From NCBI GenBank assembly GCA_965205605.1, contig CBDBHE010000007.1, positions 83,479-147,478 on the forward strand: a DNA stretch of 64,000 nucleotides, in the 5' to 3' direction. Below, piece by piece: positions 9,272 to 19,562 of the stretch. Under the pieces are notes generated by a model, which had not been told where the DNA came from, searched no databases, and saw only the letters and a list, made by a program, of their open reading frames with translations. The position numbers and the translations under genes are program-made. Each line of letters begins with the position of its first letter. Position 1 is the first letter of the stretch. This stretch comes from Spirochaetota bacterium. Lineage in GTDB: Bacteria; Spirochaetota; UBA12135; COTS27; CBDBHE01.

Positions 9272-10414
9272 TTATTTTTTATCTTTTCTTAACTCTAAAA
9301 CACCTTGATGATAAGCTTTAAAAATAAACTTTTCATCAAAAAAACGAATGACTTTTTGTCTTCCTTTTTTTCCCATTGTTTTTCTCTTTAAAGGACTAAG
9401 TCGCATCATTAAAAGCATTTTATTAAAAAGAGATTGTTCATCTCTAGGAGAACATAAAAATCCATTTTCTCCATTATCAACGATATCTCGGCATCCCGTG
9501 TGATCGGTTGCGATAATAGGAATTTGAAGGCTACAAGCCTCTAAAAGCACTCTTGGCACTCCTTCTTTATAATAAGAAGGGAGAACAACACAATTGGCTT
9601 TTTGCATCTCTTTAGAAACTTCATCCGAAGACCCCAAATAACGAATCATCCCTTCTACTTCCCATTTTTTCAAATCTTCTTTTTGGACCTCTTTTTTAAG
9701 CCCACTTAAGATCCCAAGGACATCACAAATAACTTCTTCTTTGATTTTTTTTTTCAAAAGATGACAAGCTTTTACATATTCTAAAATTCCTTTTTCCCAA
9801 AGCAAACGTCCTACAAATAAAAATCGAAAAGGTTTATTTTGAAGTGCTTTTCCTGAAAATTTATTTTTATAACGATCAATATCAATCCCCGAGCCTGGTA
9901 ATTTTTCAGTAAATGCCTCTTCAATCAATTGATGTTGAATAAAAAATTGTTTATCTTCTTCATTTTGAAAAAAGGCTTTTGTGACTTTTTTAAAAGCGAT
10001 TTTATATAAAAAACAAACGACCCAAAACAACAATGATTTTTTTGAAAAAACATGGCCTCGTCCAGAAACATTAACAAAAATAGGAATTCGTCTCCAAGAA
10101 CATATTAAAGAAGCATAAAGATTGGCTTTAATCGTAAAACTAATCACTAAAAAAGGATTTATTTTCTTTAAAGAATAGTATAAAAAAGTCAGTAAATATA
10201 AATCTTTTAAAGGATTAAGACTACGAGAATACAAAGGAATCGAATTAATTTCAAAAGGGATCTTGTCAAAATAAGAATCTTTTGGAACAAAAACAATAAT
10301 TTTATAACCTTGTTTTTCTAAAAAATAAAGTAAAGAGAGACGAAAATTAAAAATATTCCAAGCACTGTTTGAAATAACACAGATACTTTTTTTTAAAGCC
10401 AGATTTCTCTCCAA
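9272..10414 (-). CDS. glycosyltransferase, GT4 family
   Basis: GT4 C-terminal motif EGVPRVLLEACSLQIPIIATDHTGCRDIVDNGENGFL. Size is about 380 aa. Confidence 0.65.
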   Translation of the reverse strand: MERNLALKKSICVISNSAWNIFNFRLSLLYFLEKQGYKIIVFVPKDSYFDKIPFEINSIPLYSRSLNPLKDLYLLTFLYYSLKKINPFLVISFTIKANLYASLICSWRRIPIFVNVSGRGHVFSKKSLLFWVVCFLYKIAFKKVTKAFFQNEEDKQFFIQHQLIEEAFTEKLPGSGIDIDRYKNKFSGKALQNKPFRFLFVGRLLWEKGILEYVKACHLLKKKIKEEVICDVLGILSGLKKEVQKEDLKKWEVEGMIRYLGSSDEVSKEMQKANCVVLPSYYKEGVPRVLLEACSLQIPIIATDHTGCRDIVDNGENGFLCSPRDEQSLFNKMLLMMRLSPLKRKTMGKKGRQKVIRFFDEKFIFKAYHQGVLELRKDKK

Positions 10415-12318
10415 CGCTCAAATTGGATCAAATACCAGATAAGATGATAATTAGGGTATTTACCCGTTAAAAAAGAATCACACACTTTCTTAACCGAATT
10501 TGCATTAAAAAGACCTATTTCTTGTAGCCTTTTTTTATTTAAATATTTTTCAATAAGGTAATAAAGATCTTTCTTTAACAATTTTCCCATAGGAATTTCG
10601 AATCCATATTTAGGACGTTGCATTGTCTTTTCAGGTAAATAACGATGTGAAATATTTTTTAAAAGGACTTTAGGATTTTTAAAATCAAATCGATCTGTAG
10701 AAGAAAGGCTATTAGCAAACTCAACCAACCTATGATCTAAAAAAGGCACTCGAGCTTCCAAACCATACGCCATAGAAGAACGATCTGATTTAACCAAAAC
10801 ATCATCAAGCAAAAAAGAAGAAAAATCCACTGCTGTCATCCATTCCAAATTAGACATTTGTTTTTCTTTTTTCAAAAAAAAATTTTTGAGAGAAATATCT
10901 TTTTTTAAATTAAACCATTCTTTTTGATTTAAAAATAATTTGAAAACATCTTTTGCATTGGATTTTGCTGTAATTTCAAAAAAAATCTCTTCTAAAGTTT
11001 TTTTCCTAACTCCTCTTTTAGCTTTTTCAAGTTTAACCCAAGAATTATGAATCCGGTATTTATCTGGTAAACAACTATTTAAAAAACCAATGGCAGAAGC
11101 GGGAAAAATATAAATGAAAAAACTAAATATTTGTTGATTTAAAAAACTTTTTTTAAAAAAATTTAAAGCAAATTGATATTTTGAATACCCCCCAAAAAGC
11201 TCATCTGCCCCATCTCCTGTTAAAGCGACATCGATGTATTGTTTGGCTTTTTTAGAAATAAACATCATCGGTATTGATGAAGTATCACCGAAAGGTTCAT
11301 CATAAACTTGAGGCAAATAGTCTAAAATCTCTGCAAGATCTTTTTGATTCAAATAAAAAGTTTGGTGATTTGTTTTTAATTCTTGTGCAATTTTTTTGGC
11401 AAAAAAAGCTTCGTTATATTCTTTATCATCAAAGCCAATGGTAAACGTATTAATTTTTTTTTGCTTGGATAGCAATGTTGCAAGTAAAGTAGAATCAAAC
11501 CCCCCTGATAAAAAAAGACCTAAAGGTTTATCAGAAATTTGATGATCTTTAGTAATATTGTTTAAAAGAGATTCCAAATCATCTAAAAGATTTTTTTTAT
11601 TCTTAAAAGTCAATCTTTCTTTTCCCAAAGCCAAAGAAGAAGACCAATAATGAGTTGTTTTATAATTACCTGTTGAAAGATCAAAAGTCAAAAAAGACCC
11701 TGGTTTAAGTTTATAAGTGTTTTTATAAATCGTTTTAGGCGATGGAATATAACCTAAACGAAAATAAATTGGTAAAATTTTTTGATTCAGTTCTTTTTTA
11801 AAATAAGGATTCTGAACAAAAGATTTTAATTCTGAGCCAAAGAAAAAAACAGTATTAGAAAAGCTATAATAAAGTGGTTTGATTCCAACTCGATCCCGAA
11901 CAAAAAATACTTTTTGTTTTTTTAAATCAATAAAACAAAAAGCAAACATTCCAACTAATTTATTGACACATTCAGGACCCCATTCGATAAAAGCTCTAAA
12001 TAAAACTTCTGTATCTCCTTTAGTTTTAAAAGTATGTTTTTTTAAAAGTTGCTCTTTAATTTCTAAAAAATTGTAAATTTCACCATTATAAACTAATAGA
12101 TAATTTTGGCATTCAGAAACAAAAGGTTGATCACAACTTTCTCTGGGATCTAAAATTCCCAAACGCGTATGGCCCAAACCTATCCTAAAAAGTCCTTCTT
12201 CTTTTATCAGATACTTTTGCCTATTAGGTCCCCTAGATGCCAAACTATCTGTCATTTCTTTTAAATCTTTTTCATTAATATTTTTAAAAGGATCAAAAAA
12301 ACCAACAATCCCACACAT
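10393..12318 (-). CDS. asnB: asparagine synthetase (glutamine-hydrolysing) family amidotransferase, AsnB/WbpS-like
   Basis: N-terminal MCGIVGFFD with Cys2 as the glutaminase nucleophile. SGGFDSTLLATLL is a PP-loop. The 641-aa length fits the family. It sits inside the glycosyltransferase cluster. Confidence 0.8.
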   Translation of the reverse strand: MCGIVGFFDPFKNINEKDLKEMTDSLASRGPNRQKYLIKEEGLFRIGLGHTRLGILDPRESCDQPFVSECQNYLLVYNGEIYNFLEIKEQLLKKHTFKTKGDTEVLFRAFIEWGPECVNKLVGMFAFCFIDLKKQKVFFVRDRVGIKPLYYSFSNTVFFFGSELKSFVQNPYFKKELNQKILPIYFRLGYIPSPKTIYKNTYKLKPGSFLTFDLSTGNYKTTHYWSSSLALGKERLTFKNKKNLLDDLESLLNNITKDHQISDKPLGLFLSGGFDSTLLATLLSKQKKINTFTIGFDDKEYNEAFFAKKIAQELKTNHQTFYLNQKDLAEILDYLPQVYDEPFGDTSSIPMMFISKKAKQYIDVALTGDGADELFGGYSKYQFALNFFKKSFLNQQIFSFFIYIFPASAIGFLNSCLPDKYRIHNSWVKLEKAKRGVRKKTLEEIFFEITAKSNAKDVFKLFLNQKEWFNLKKDISLKNFFLKKEKQMSNLEWMTAVDFSSFLLDDVLVKSDRSSMAYGLEARVPFLDHRLVEFANSLSSTDRFDFKNPKVLLKNISHRYLPEKTMQRPKYGFEIPMGKLLKKDLYYLIEKYLNKKRLQEIGLFNANSVKKVCDSFLTGKYPNYHLIWYLIQFERWREIWL

Positions 12319-12320
12319 GG

Positions 12321-13469
12321 TTAACTTACCCTTTGATAAACTGAGAAAACATTCTCAGCATATCTCTTCCAAGAATATTTTTTAATCGATTCAAGAGCAT
12401 TTTGACTTATTTTTTTTCTAAAATGATTATTTTCTTTAACTGTCTTCATTTTATCTCTAAGCTCATTGACATTCCCTACACTCACTATCAAACCATCATA
12501 ACCATCTTTAATAATGGAACCACTGTTTTCCGTGACAACACAAGCCAATCCCTCCCCCATCGCTTCATAAACAGATTTTGAAGACCCTTCTAAAAAAGAA
12601 GGAAACACATAAATATCACATTTTTTAAAATATTCTTTAGTAGAAATAAACCCTGGTAAAAGAACATTTTTAAAATTTTTTCTTTGCAAAATTTTTTTAA
12701 TATCTGGATAAAGTCTACCACATAAATGTAATTTATCGTGAAAAAAAATTGGGTCTTCCCAAGCTTTTAAGAGAAGATCAATTCCTTTTCGCTTATTAAG
12801 ATTGCCTGCAAAACAGTAGTGCAGAGTTTTCTTTTTTGATAAAACAAGTTTTTTATTATTAATTGTTGTGTCTGTACCAAAAGGAACCATTGTTATTTTA
12901 TTGTTAGGAAGACCTATTTTTAACAATTCTTTTTTAACGAAATTGGAAGGCACGATAACATGACTGGCCATTTTAAAACTCTCAAGCTCCATTTTACAAA
13001 TAGAATCAAAAAAACTAAGTTGTCTATTTTTTCCATACTGTTTCAAGAGTCTTTTATTTGTTAGTGAAGGAGCAATAGGGAGGTCTAAAATAACTTTATA
13101 TTTTTTTTTTTTCAAGGTAGCAATAATCTTTGGAGAAATCTCCCATAAGTGAAAAAGACAAGGCCCTTCTAAAGAAAAAGATTTTAAAGATTTAAGAAAA
13201 AAAAAATTAAAAAGCTTAATATCAAAAAATCGATGATTAAAGTTTGTCTGCCAATAAATCCGATAAGCATTTAGAATCCTTGGTACATGTCCAAAAATAC
13301 CCATATGTAAGTGCTTTTTGCTTAAAACGCTTACCGAAGGGGCCAACCCACGACTAAATGAATAGTGATTAATATTTTGTTGATTCAAAAAATCGAAAAT
13401 TTTACTAGTCCTAAAGCCTATATTTCCTTTTCTACCAATAAATGAATTAACTACATTAAAAATATTCAC
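12321..13469 (-). CDS. glycosyltransferase, GT4 family
   Basis: GT4 motif FPSFLEGSSKSVYEAMGEGLACVVTENSGSII. Length 382 aa. Confidence 0.65.
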   Translation of the reverse strand: MNIFNVVNSFIGRKGNIGFRTSKIFDFLNQQNINHYSFSRGLAPSVSVLSKKHLHMGIFGHVPRILNAYRIYWQTNFNHRFFDIKLFNFFFLKSLKSFSLEGPCLFHLWEISPKIIATLKKKKYKVILDLPIAPSLTNKRLLKQYGKNRQLSFFDSICKMELESFKMASHVIVPSNFVKKELLKIGLPNNKITMVPFGTDTTINNKKLVLSKKKTLHYCFAGNLNKRKGIDLLLKAWEDPIFFHDKLHLCGRLYPDIKKILQRKNFKNVLLPGFISTKEYFKKCDIYVFPSFLEGSSKSVYEAMGEGLACVVTENSGSIIKDGYDGLIVSVGNVNELRDKMKTVKENNHFRKKISQNALESIKKYSWKRYAENVFSVYQRVS

Positions 13470-13478
13470 ATTGAAACC

Positions 13479-14543
13479 TTAATGGTAAAAATTCAAATAC
13501 CACTCAACAAATTTTCCAACTCCTTTTTCAATAGAAGTGTTAGGTCGATACCCTGTAAGTGAAATTAAATCATCTGCCTCTGCCCAAGTTTCTACAACAT
13601 CTCCTGGTTCGATAGGCAAAAAGTTTTTAATTGCTTTTTTTCCAAGACATTTCTCCAAACATTCAATAAAATCAAGCAGTAAAATAGGAGCATTATTACC
13701 TATATTATAAATCACATAAGGCACGTTATTTTCATTAGAATGACTATTTTTTAAATTTTTTTCACTTTTTTTAGTAAGTCGATCTTTTAGTAAAAAAAGA
13801 TTTTCCGTAATATCATCAATATAAGTAAAATCACGTTTCATTTTTCCATGATTAAAAACATTAATAGGCTTCCCTTCCAATATCGCTTTTGTAAACAAAA
13901 AAGAAGCCATATCAGGTCTACCCCACGGACCATAAACCGTAAAAAAACGAAGTCCTGTTGTCGGTAATCCATATAAATAACTATAGGTGTGTGCCATCAA
14001 TTCATTTGCTTTCTTTGTAGCTGCATAAATACTAATAGGGTGATCAACTACATCTTTACACGAAAAAGGCATTTTTGTATTTAACCCATAAACAGAGCTA
14101 GAACTGGCGTAAATAAGATGTTTTATTTTCTGATGACGACAATTTTCTAAAATATTCATAAACCCTTCAACATTACTACTAATATAAGAATGAGGATTTT
14201 CAAGAGAATACCTCACCCCTGCTTGAGCGCCTAAATGGTAAACTGTATCAAATTGATACTCCAAAAAAATTGTTTTCATTCTCTCTTTATCTTCTAAATT
14301 TACCTTAATAAAAGTATAGTTTTCAAAAAGAGTACTTTTTACCCTGTCTCCTTTTTTGAGGCTCTTCTTCAAGTCAATACCCGTATCGCCAAGTCTAGCC
14401 TCTTTAAGAGACACGTCATAATAATCATTAATAGAATCCATCCCAATAATATCATTTTCTTTGCCCGAAGATAAAAATCGACGTGTTAAATGATATCCAA
14501 TAAAGCCAGCGACTCCTGTAATTAAAATTTTTTTTCTAGACAT
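13479..14543 (-). CDS. NAD-dependent nucleotide-sugar epimerase/dehydratase (UDP-glucuronate 4-epimerase-like)
   Basis: Rossmann motif ILITGVAGFIGYHL at the N-terminus. Catalytic YxxxK is present (YAATKKANE). Length 354 aa. Confidence 0.75.
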   Translation of the reverse strand: MSRKKILITGVAGFIGYHLTRRFLSSGKENDIIGMDSINDYYDVSLKEARLGDTGIDLKKSLKKGDRVKSTLFENYTFIKVNLEDKERMKTIFLEYQFDTVYHLGAQAGVRYSLENPHSYISSNVEGFMNILENCRHQKIKHLIYASSSSVYGLNTKMPFSCKDVVDHPISIYAATKKANELMAHTYSYLYGLPTTGLRFFTVYGPWGRPDMASFLFTKAILEGKPINVFNHGKMKRDFTYIDDITENLFLLKDRLTKKSEKNLKNSHSNENNVPYVIYNIGNNAPILLLDFIECLEKCLGKKAIKNFLPIEPGDVVETWAEADDLISLTGYRPNTSIEKGVGKFVEWYLNFYH

Positions 14544-14564
14544 AGAGTGAAAAAAAAATAAAGG

Positions 14565-15722
14565 TTAGACCAAATCTAATTGTGTCTTTGTAGAAGCCCA
14601 TTTCAAAATATTACTGGCTCTTTTTTGATAAGTCCTATTTTCTCTGACTTCTTCAAGCGCTTTTTTTGCCAGTTTTTTGCCAAGCACTTTATTTGTAAGT
14701 GCCTTTTTAACGGCTTCAACAAAATTTTTCCCCTCTTCATCTTCTAAATATAAAAAAGCATTTTGATCATTTAAAATTTCTACAACCGATCCAATCTTAG
14801 CCCCTACTATCACATTGCCTGTGGCCATATATTCACCAAGCTTAATCGGTGATGTACACCAATAATAATCGGTTGTTTTTTTTGAAAGCAGAAAAAGCAA
14901 AACATCAGCAGCCATTTGATAATTAATAACAGTTTCTCTTCCCTGATGGGACAAAAAAGAAATGCGTTTTTGATCTAAACCTTTTAAGGCATCTCTTTTG
15001 TAAACAGCAATTTCATCTTTTGTCCCCCCTAAATGCACAACCATGATGTTAGGAAAATTCTTTAAAAGCAAACCAAAATAATCCGATCCTTTCAATTTCG
15101 CTAAATTACCAGTATGAACCATTAAAAAATACTTTTGAGGTATCTTTAATTTCTTCTTAAGCTCTTTTTTGGGAATATTTCTCTTTTTATCATAATTTTC
15201 TATAAAAACACCCGCATGACTACAAAAAGAACGATCTGTAACCTCTTTATAAAAACCCACATAAAAATCTAATAAAGCTTGATTAGTAAAAACAAAAAAA
15301 AGTTTTTTATAAAAAAGAATTGTTTTAAATAAAAAAGAATTAATCCAATTTTTAGAATCATTGTGAATTTCACAAATACAGTAAATGTTAAAAAAAAAAC
15401 AGACCCAAGTAATAACAATATTTCGAGTATAAATTAATTTTGGTAATTCTCGAATTTTAAATAAAAACAAAAAAAAAACTTGAATCACAAATAAAAATTG
15501 TCTTATTAAGTTGCTCTTAGTCCAAAGCTTAATTTGTATCCACTTAAAAAGTTTTTTTTTTTGCTTTCTATTTCTAAAACTAGGGGAAATAAGGGTAAAA
15601 TCAAATAAACTTTCTTGCTTAAAACTAAGAACCATATCACAAACTTGGATCGACATCGCCTTAGTTGAAAAAAGAGAAACAGAAGTTACATACCAAAAAA
15701 AATTTTTTTGTTCATTAAGCAT
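14565..15722 (-). CDS. glycosyltransferase (GT4-like) with a hydrophobic N-terminal region
   Basis: The C-terminal half carries GT4-like motifs (..PIKLGEYMATGNVIVGAKIGSVVEIL..). The start codon is uncertain. Confidence 0.5.
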   Translation of the reverse strand: MLNEQKNFFWYVTSVSLFSTKAMSIQVCDMVLSFKQESLFDFTLISPSFRNRKQKKKLFKWIQIKLWTKSNLIRQFLFVIQVFFLFLFKIRELPKLIYTRNIVITWVCFFFNIYCICEIHNDSKNWINSFLFKTILFYKKLFFVFTNQALLDFYVGFYKEVTDRSFCSHAGVFIENYDKKRNIPKKELKKKLKIPQKYFLMVHTGNLAKLKGSDYFGLLLKNFPNIMVVHLGGTKDEIAVYKRDALKGLDQKRISFLSHQGRETVINYQMAADVLLFLLSKKTTDYYWCTSPIKLGEYMATGNVIVGAKIGSVVEILNDQNAFLYLEDEEGKNFVEAVKKALTNKVLGKKLAKKALEEVRENRTYQKRASNILKWASTKTQLDLV

Positions 15723-15816
15723 TTGTAAAAAAAATCTATATTTTTTTAAAAAAAATTAACTAATTCATTATATCATCAAGAAACTTTTATTTTTAAAGAC
15801 TCTCTAAAAAAACACC

Positions 15817-17061
15817 ATGTCTTCTTTTAAAAAATTTTCTAAATTCTTGCTTTTATTGATTTATCTAGGGATGCTGATCCCTAGTATTTTTGATACTTAC
15901 CTTACTTTTGAAATTAATTATTACACTTTACGTCTAAGCTACCTTTTTTTAATTTTAGGGCTACTTTATCTCTTATCCTTTAAAACAAACAAACTAAACT
16001 TAATAAAAAAACCCCCTCTTTTTTATTTACTATTTTTGTTTTTTTGTCTTTTAGGGCTTTTAAACTTATTCAAGACCATCTCCTTAAAACATTCTTTTCT
16101 TTATTGGGCATGGATAAGTCAAACAATTCTTTTACTGCCTTTAATCTTAAAAGAAATCATTTCTGCTCAACTCAAAAAAGTGATCCTCATTTTTTTAATT
16201 TACTATGGTCTTTGTTTAAGTTTTCTTTTATGGGATATCGTTCATTCTAATTTATCCACAGGACTTGAAATAGGGTTTATTAATCAAACTTTTTTTAAAA
16301 GACCTCATCTGTTTAAAGAAGAACCTGGCTACCTTGCTATTTTTTGGTTACAAGCTTCGATTAGTGTCAAACTTGCAAGCTGTTTTTTTTTGGAAAATCC
16401 AAAAATTAGAAAAACACTTTTTGGGTTTTATTTAGTGGGAGTGATTGCTTTATTTTTCTCTTTTTCGAAAATGGGAATGGTAGCAAGTTTATTTTTAATA
16501 AGCTCAGAAGGGTTTCTTTTTTTTAAAAACAAACCTTATTTAAAAAAACCAATTTTTTTAATTTGTGCTTCTTTTGTTTTTTTAGCAAGCTTATTTGTAA
16601 CCAAGCAAGCTTTTTTTTCAAACAGACCAATCAATTCTAAAAATATCAAAGGTATTTTCGAGACAAGATTAAAACAGCTTAAAAGATCGATGCTTGTTTT
16701 TAAACAGTCACCTATTTTAGGAGTCGGCTCTGGTAACGCTAAAAGTGCTTATGAAAAAACATTATCTATTCCAAGCTTTTCTGCTTTAAATCAAAAAAAC
16801 CTTCACAAACCACTAGCTCATAACTTATACACCGAAATATTAAGCGAATGGGGTCTCATTGGGTTTTTTCTTTTTTTCTCTGCTTTAGCGGTAATGTTTC
16901 TTAAAATTCCTATACAAACCACTAGTATCCAAATTTTAATTTGTCTTTTACTTGCCTACCTTTCCTCAGAAACCATTGCTCGCTTTGAAGTTTGGCTATT
17001 TTTATATCAAAATTATTTTTTTTTAAATTTGCTTAAACATAAAAAACATTTAAAAATTTAA
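15817..17061 (+). CDS. O-antigen ligase (WaaL)/O-antigen polymerase family membrane protein
   Basis: Polytopic membrane protein with a Wzy_C-like segment (..HNLYTEILSEWGLIGFFLFF..). Immediately followed by the heptosyltransferase gene. Confidence 0.55.
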   Translation: MSSFKKFSKFLLLLIYLGMLIPSIFDTYLTFEINYYTLRLSYLFLILGLLYLLSFKTNKLNLIKKPPLFYLLFLFFCLLGLLNLFKTISLKHSFLYWAWISQTILLLPLILKEIISAQLKKVILIFLIYYGLCLSFLLWDIVHSNLSTGLEIGFINQTFFKRPHLFKEEPGYLAIFWLQASISVKLASCFFLENPKIRKTLFGFYLVGVIALFFSFSKMGMVASLFLISSEGFLFFKNKPYLKKPIFLICASFVFLASLFVTKQAFFSNRPINSKNIKGIFETRLKQLKRSMLVFKQSPILGVGSGNAKSAYEKTLSIPSFSALNQKNLHKPLAHNLYTEILSEWGLIGFFLFFSALAVMFLKIPIQTTSIQILICLLLAYLSSETIARFEVWLFLYQNYFFLNLLKHKKHLKI

Positions 17062-17062
17062 C

Positions 17063-18079
17063 TTGAATCCAAAAGAAATAAAAAAAATTCTCATCATCGG
17101 CAATCGCTTACTAGGTGATAGTCTGATCACTCTTCATACGCTTTCTTCTCTTAAACAATTTTTCTCGTCCTCTTCTTTTCATTTACTGACAAGCACTTAC
17201 ACAAAAAAAATTTATGAAAACACTCAATTATTTAAAAAAACTTTCACTTTCAATGAAACAAAAAATTATCATCATAAGCAAAATATTTCTTTAAAACAAA
17301 AAATAAAACTGCTCTTTGCTTTAAAAAAAGAACAATACAAGATGGTGATGATTTTCCCAGGAGGATTTGGTTTTGCATTGCTATGCTTTGCTCTTAAAAT
17401 CCCCATTCGTATCGGTCATCAAAGTGATGGACGTTCTTTTTTATTAACTCATAAAACCCCTTTAAATCAAAAAATCCCTAATTATGATAATTATAAAAAT
17501 TTACTTAATACCCTTCCTTTTGAAATTCCTTATAAAAAATACAAACTTCCTATAAAAAATTCTTCTTCCTCTTCTTTAATATTAAAAAAAAATTATTTCG
17601 TCGTAGCTCCTTGTGCTTCTGAAAAAAACAGAGCCTGGAATCAAAAAGAAATGAAAACTCTATGCTTAAAAGTCTCTCAAAAAACAAAAAATGAAATTGT
17701 CTTCTTAGGGCTTAAAGAAGAAAAACAACAAATCGAAACAATCAGCAAAAAACTCAAAGGCATCAATCTCGCTGGAAAAACTAATTTTGAAGAACTTTGC
17801 TCTATTATTAACCAAAGTCGTTTTTTTCTAGGAATGGATACCGGGCTTGCCTATATCGCTGGCAACTTAAACAAAAAATCAATGATCCTTTACGGTCCTG
17901 CTAACCCAATTCTCTCTAGACCCAATGAAACCAATATTCTTGCTATTTACAAACAAGATCCTAAAATTCCGATTCATAAAAGAAAAAAATATCCTAAAAA
18001 ATTTGACATCAATCAACTAACAGCAAACGATGTTTTTAGAATAATAGTTAAAAAAGAATTTTTGTCATTTCTAAAATGA
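17063..18079 (+). CDS. ADP-heptose:LPS heptosyltransferase (GT9 family)
   Basis: N-terminal KKILIIGNRLLGDSLITLHTLSSLKQ. C-terminal ..FLGMDTGLAYIAGNLNKKSMILYGP is typical of RfaF/RfaC-type enzymes. Confidence 0.65.
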   Translation: MNPKEIKKILIIGNRLLGDSLITLHTLSSLKQFFSSSSFHLLTSTYTKKIYENTQLFKKTFTFNETKNYHHKQNISLKQKIKLLFALKKEQYKMVMIFPGGFGFALLCFALKIPIRIGHQSDGRSFLLTHKTPLNQKIPNYDNYKNLLNTLPFEIPYKKYKLPIKNSSSSSLILKKNYFVVAPCASEKNRAWNQKEMKTLCLKVSQKTKNEIVFLGLKEEKQQIETISKKLKGINLAGKTNFEELCSIINQSRFFLGMDTGLAYIAGNLNKKSMILYGPANPILSRPNETNILAIYKQDPKIPIHKRKKYPKKFDINQLTANDVFRIIVKKEFLSFLK

Positions 18080-18083
18080 AAAA

Positions 18084-19229
18084 TTAATGACCTGACTTAA
18101 TGAAAAAATCTTTTTGATGATTAACATCGTCCTTAGATTCAGGAGTTTCAAACGATTCAATTTGCTCCATTGGTTTTTCAAGTTTTCTAATACGTGTTGA
18201 TTCTAGTTCTCTAAAATCCTTAGAAGCACTTTCAAGACTTTTTCCAACATTATTCATTTTATCAACAAATTTCTGCCATTCTTTTTTGAAAGAAAACACC
18301 GCTTTTTGAATTTCAGCTGCTTTCTTTTCTACCTTAAAAGCCGAAACCGACTGACGAATTAACGACAAAACAGCATAAAGAGTCATCGGAGAACAAAGAA
18401 TGATTTTCCTGTCCAGCGAATAATCAATTAAACCTTTATCCTCCACATTAATAAACGCATACATACTTTCATGAGGGATAAAAATAAGCGCATAATTAAT
18501 GGTTCCATTTTTAGGATCCACATATTCTTTGTCCCCAATTTGTTTAATGTGATTTCTGATATCTTTAATAAATCCTTTCTTACTTTCTTCTTTTTCCAAT
18601 TTACTTTTTGCTTCTAAAAATGAATTATAATTCTTAAGAGGAAACTTCACATCCATATAAACCTTTAATTTTCCCGGTAAAAAAAACGTATAATCAGGTC
18701 GAATTTTTTTCCCATCTTCTCCCTCCTGCTGCTTTTGTCTCTCATAACTCTTGCCCTCAACAAGGCCAATAATACTAATAATATCCTCCGCCGCTCTCTC
18801 GCCCCAAGCACCTCTCTCTTGTGAATTAGAAAGAATCCGATTGAGCTTTGTTGTTTCTTGCCCTAAAGAACTAATTTGTTTTTGAGAATTTTCCAATTGC
18901 CCTTTAAGAAAAATCGTATTGTCCCCTAAATATTTAAGCTGAATCCCCATCGTTTTAAAATGCGACCCTAAACTCTCTTCCGAACTTTTTAAACGTGACC
19001 CCAAACTCTCTTGCGAACTTTTTAAAAGAGCCTTAAACTTATCTTCAGCTAAATTAAAAAAAGAATTTTGATTTTTATCTAACGCCTCTTTAGAAAGACG
19101 CCCAAAAAGATTTTCAAACTCTTTTTCAATCGAATGATTCTTCTTATGAAAAAAAAGAGCTAAAAACCAACCTAACCCACTCCCTAAGAGAATCCCAAAA
19201 AAGAACACCTGTAAAGAAAGTAAAACCAT
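18084..19229 (-). CDS. rmuC: DNA recombination protein RmuC
   Basis: N-terminal transmembrane segment, then coiled-coil, then a C-terminal RmuC domain (..DYTFFLPGKLKVYMDVKFPLKNY.., ..LCSPMTLYAVLSLIRQS..). Confidence 0.65.
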   Translation of the reverse strand: MVLLSLQVFFFGILLGSGLGWFLALFFHKKNHSIEKEFENLFGRLSKEALDKNQNSFFNLAEDKFKALLKSSQESLGSRLKSSEESLGSHFKTMGIQLKYLGDNTIFLKGQLENSQKQISSLGQETTKLNRILSNSQERGAWGERAAEDIISIIGLVEGKSYERQKQQEGEDGKKIRPDYTFFLPGKLKVYMDVKFPLKNYNSFLEAKSKLEKEESKKGFIKDIRNHIKQIGDKEYVDPKNGTINYALIFIPHESMYAFINVEDKGLIDYSLDRKIILCSPMTLYAVLSLIRQSVSAFKVEKKAAEIQKAVFSFKKEWQKFVDKMNNVGKSLESASKDFRELESTRIRKLEKPMEQIESFETPESKDDVNHQKDFFIKSGH

Positions 19230-19510
19230 TAATCTACACTATACCTTTCAATTTAAAATTAAAAAAGTTTAATTTTAAGCTTTTCAAAAAAAAAAATCCT
19301 TAAAATTAAAACCCTCATCTAAAAATAATCGCTTTCTAAAAAACTTTTCAAATCAGCTCAAATCTTCTCTAATTATTTTAAAAAAGTATCGTTTTGACTC
19401 ATTAGAGTCATTTTGATTCGATTTTTTGGGAATTTTTTGATTTCATAAAGGAAAAAAAATTCTCTTTTTTTAAAAAAAAGGCTTTTTTTCCTTTTTATTT
19501 TTTTAAAAAT

Positions 19511-19526
19511 TGGCACAAACATTGCT
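19511..19526 (+). promoter_or_regulatory. sigma-54 (RpoN)-type -24/-12 promoter upstream of hsp20
   Basis: TGGCACaaacaTTGCT matches the TGGCAC-N5-TTGCW consensus with the correct GG..GC spacing. It lies about 37 nt upstream of the hsp20 ATG, and a Shine-Dalgarno sequence (aaaggagataaacc) precedes that ATG. Confidence 0.55.
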
Positions 19527-19562
19527 TATTATTTTATGAAAATCAATAAAAGGAGATAAACC

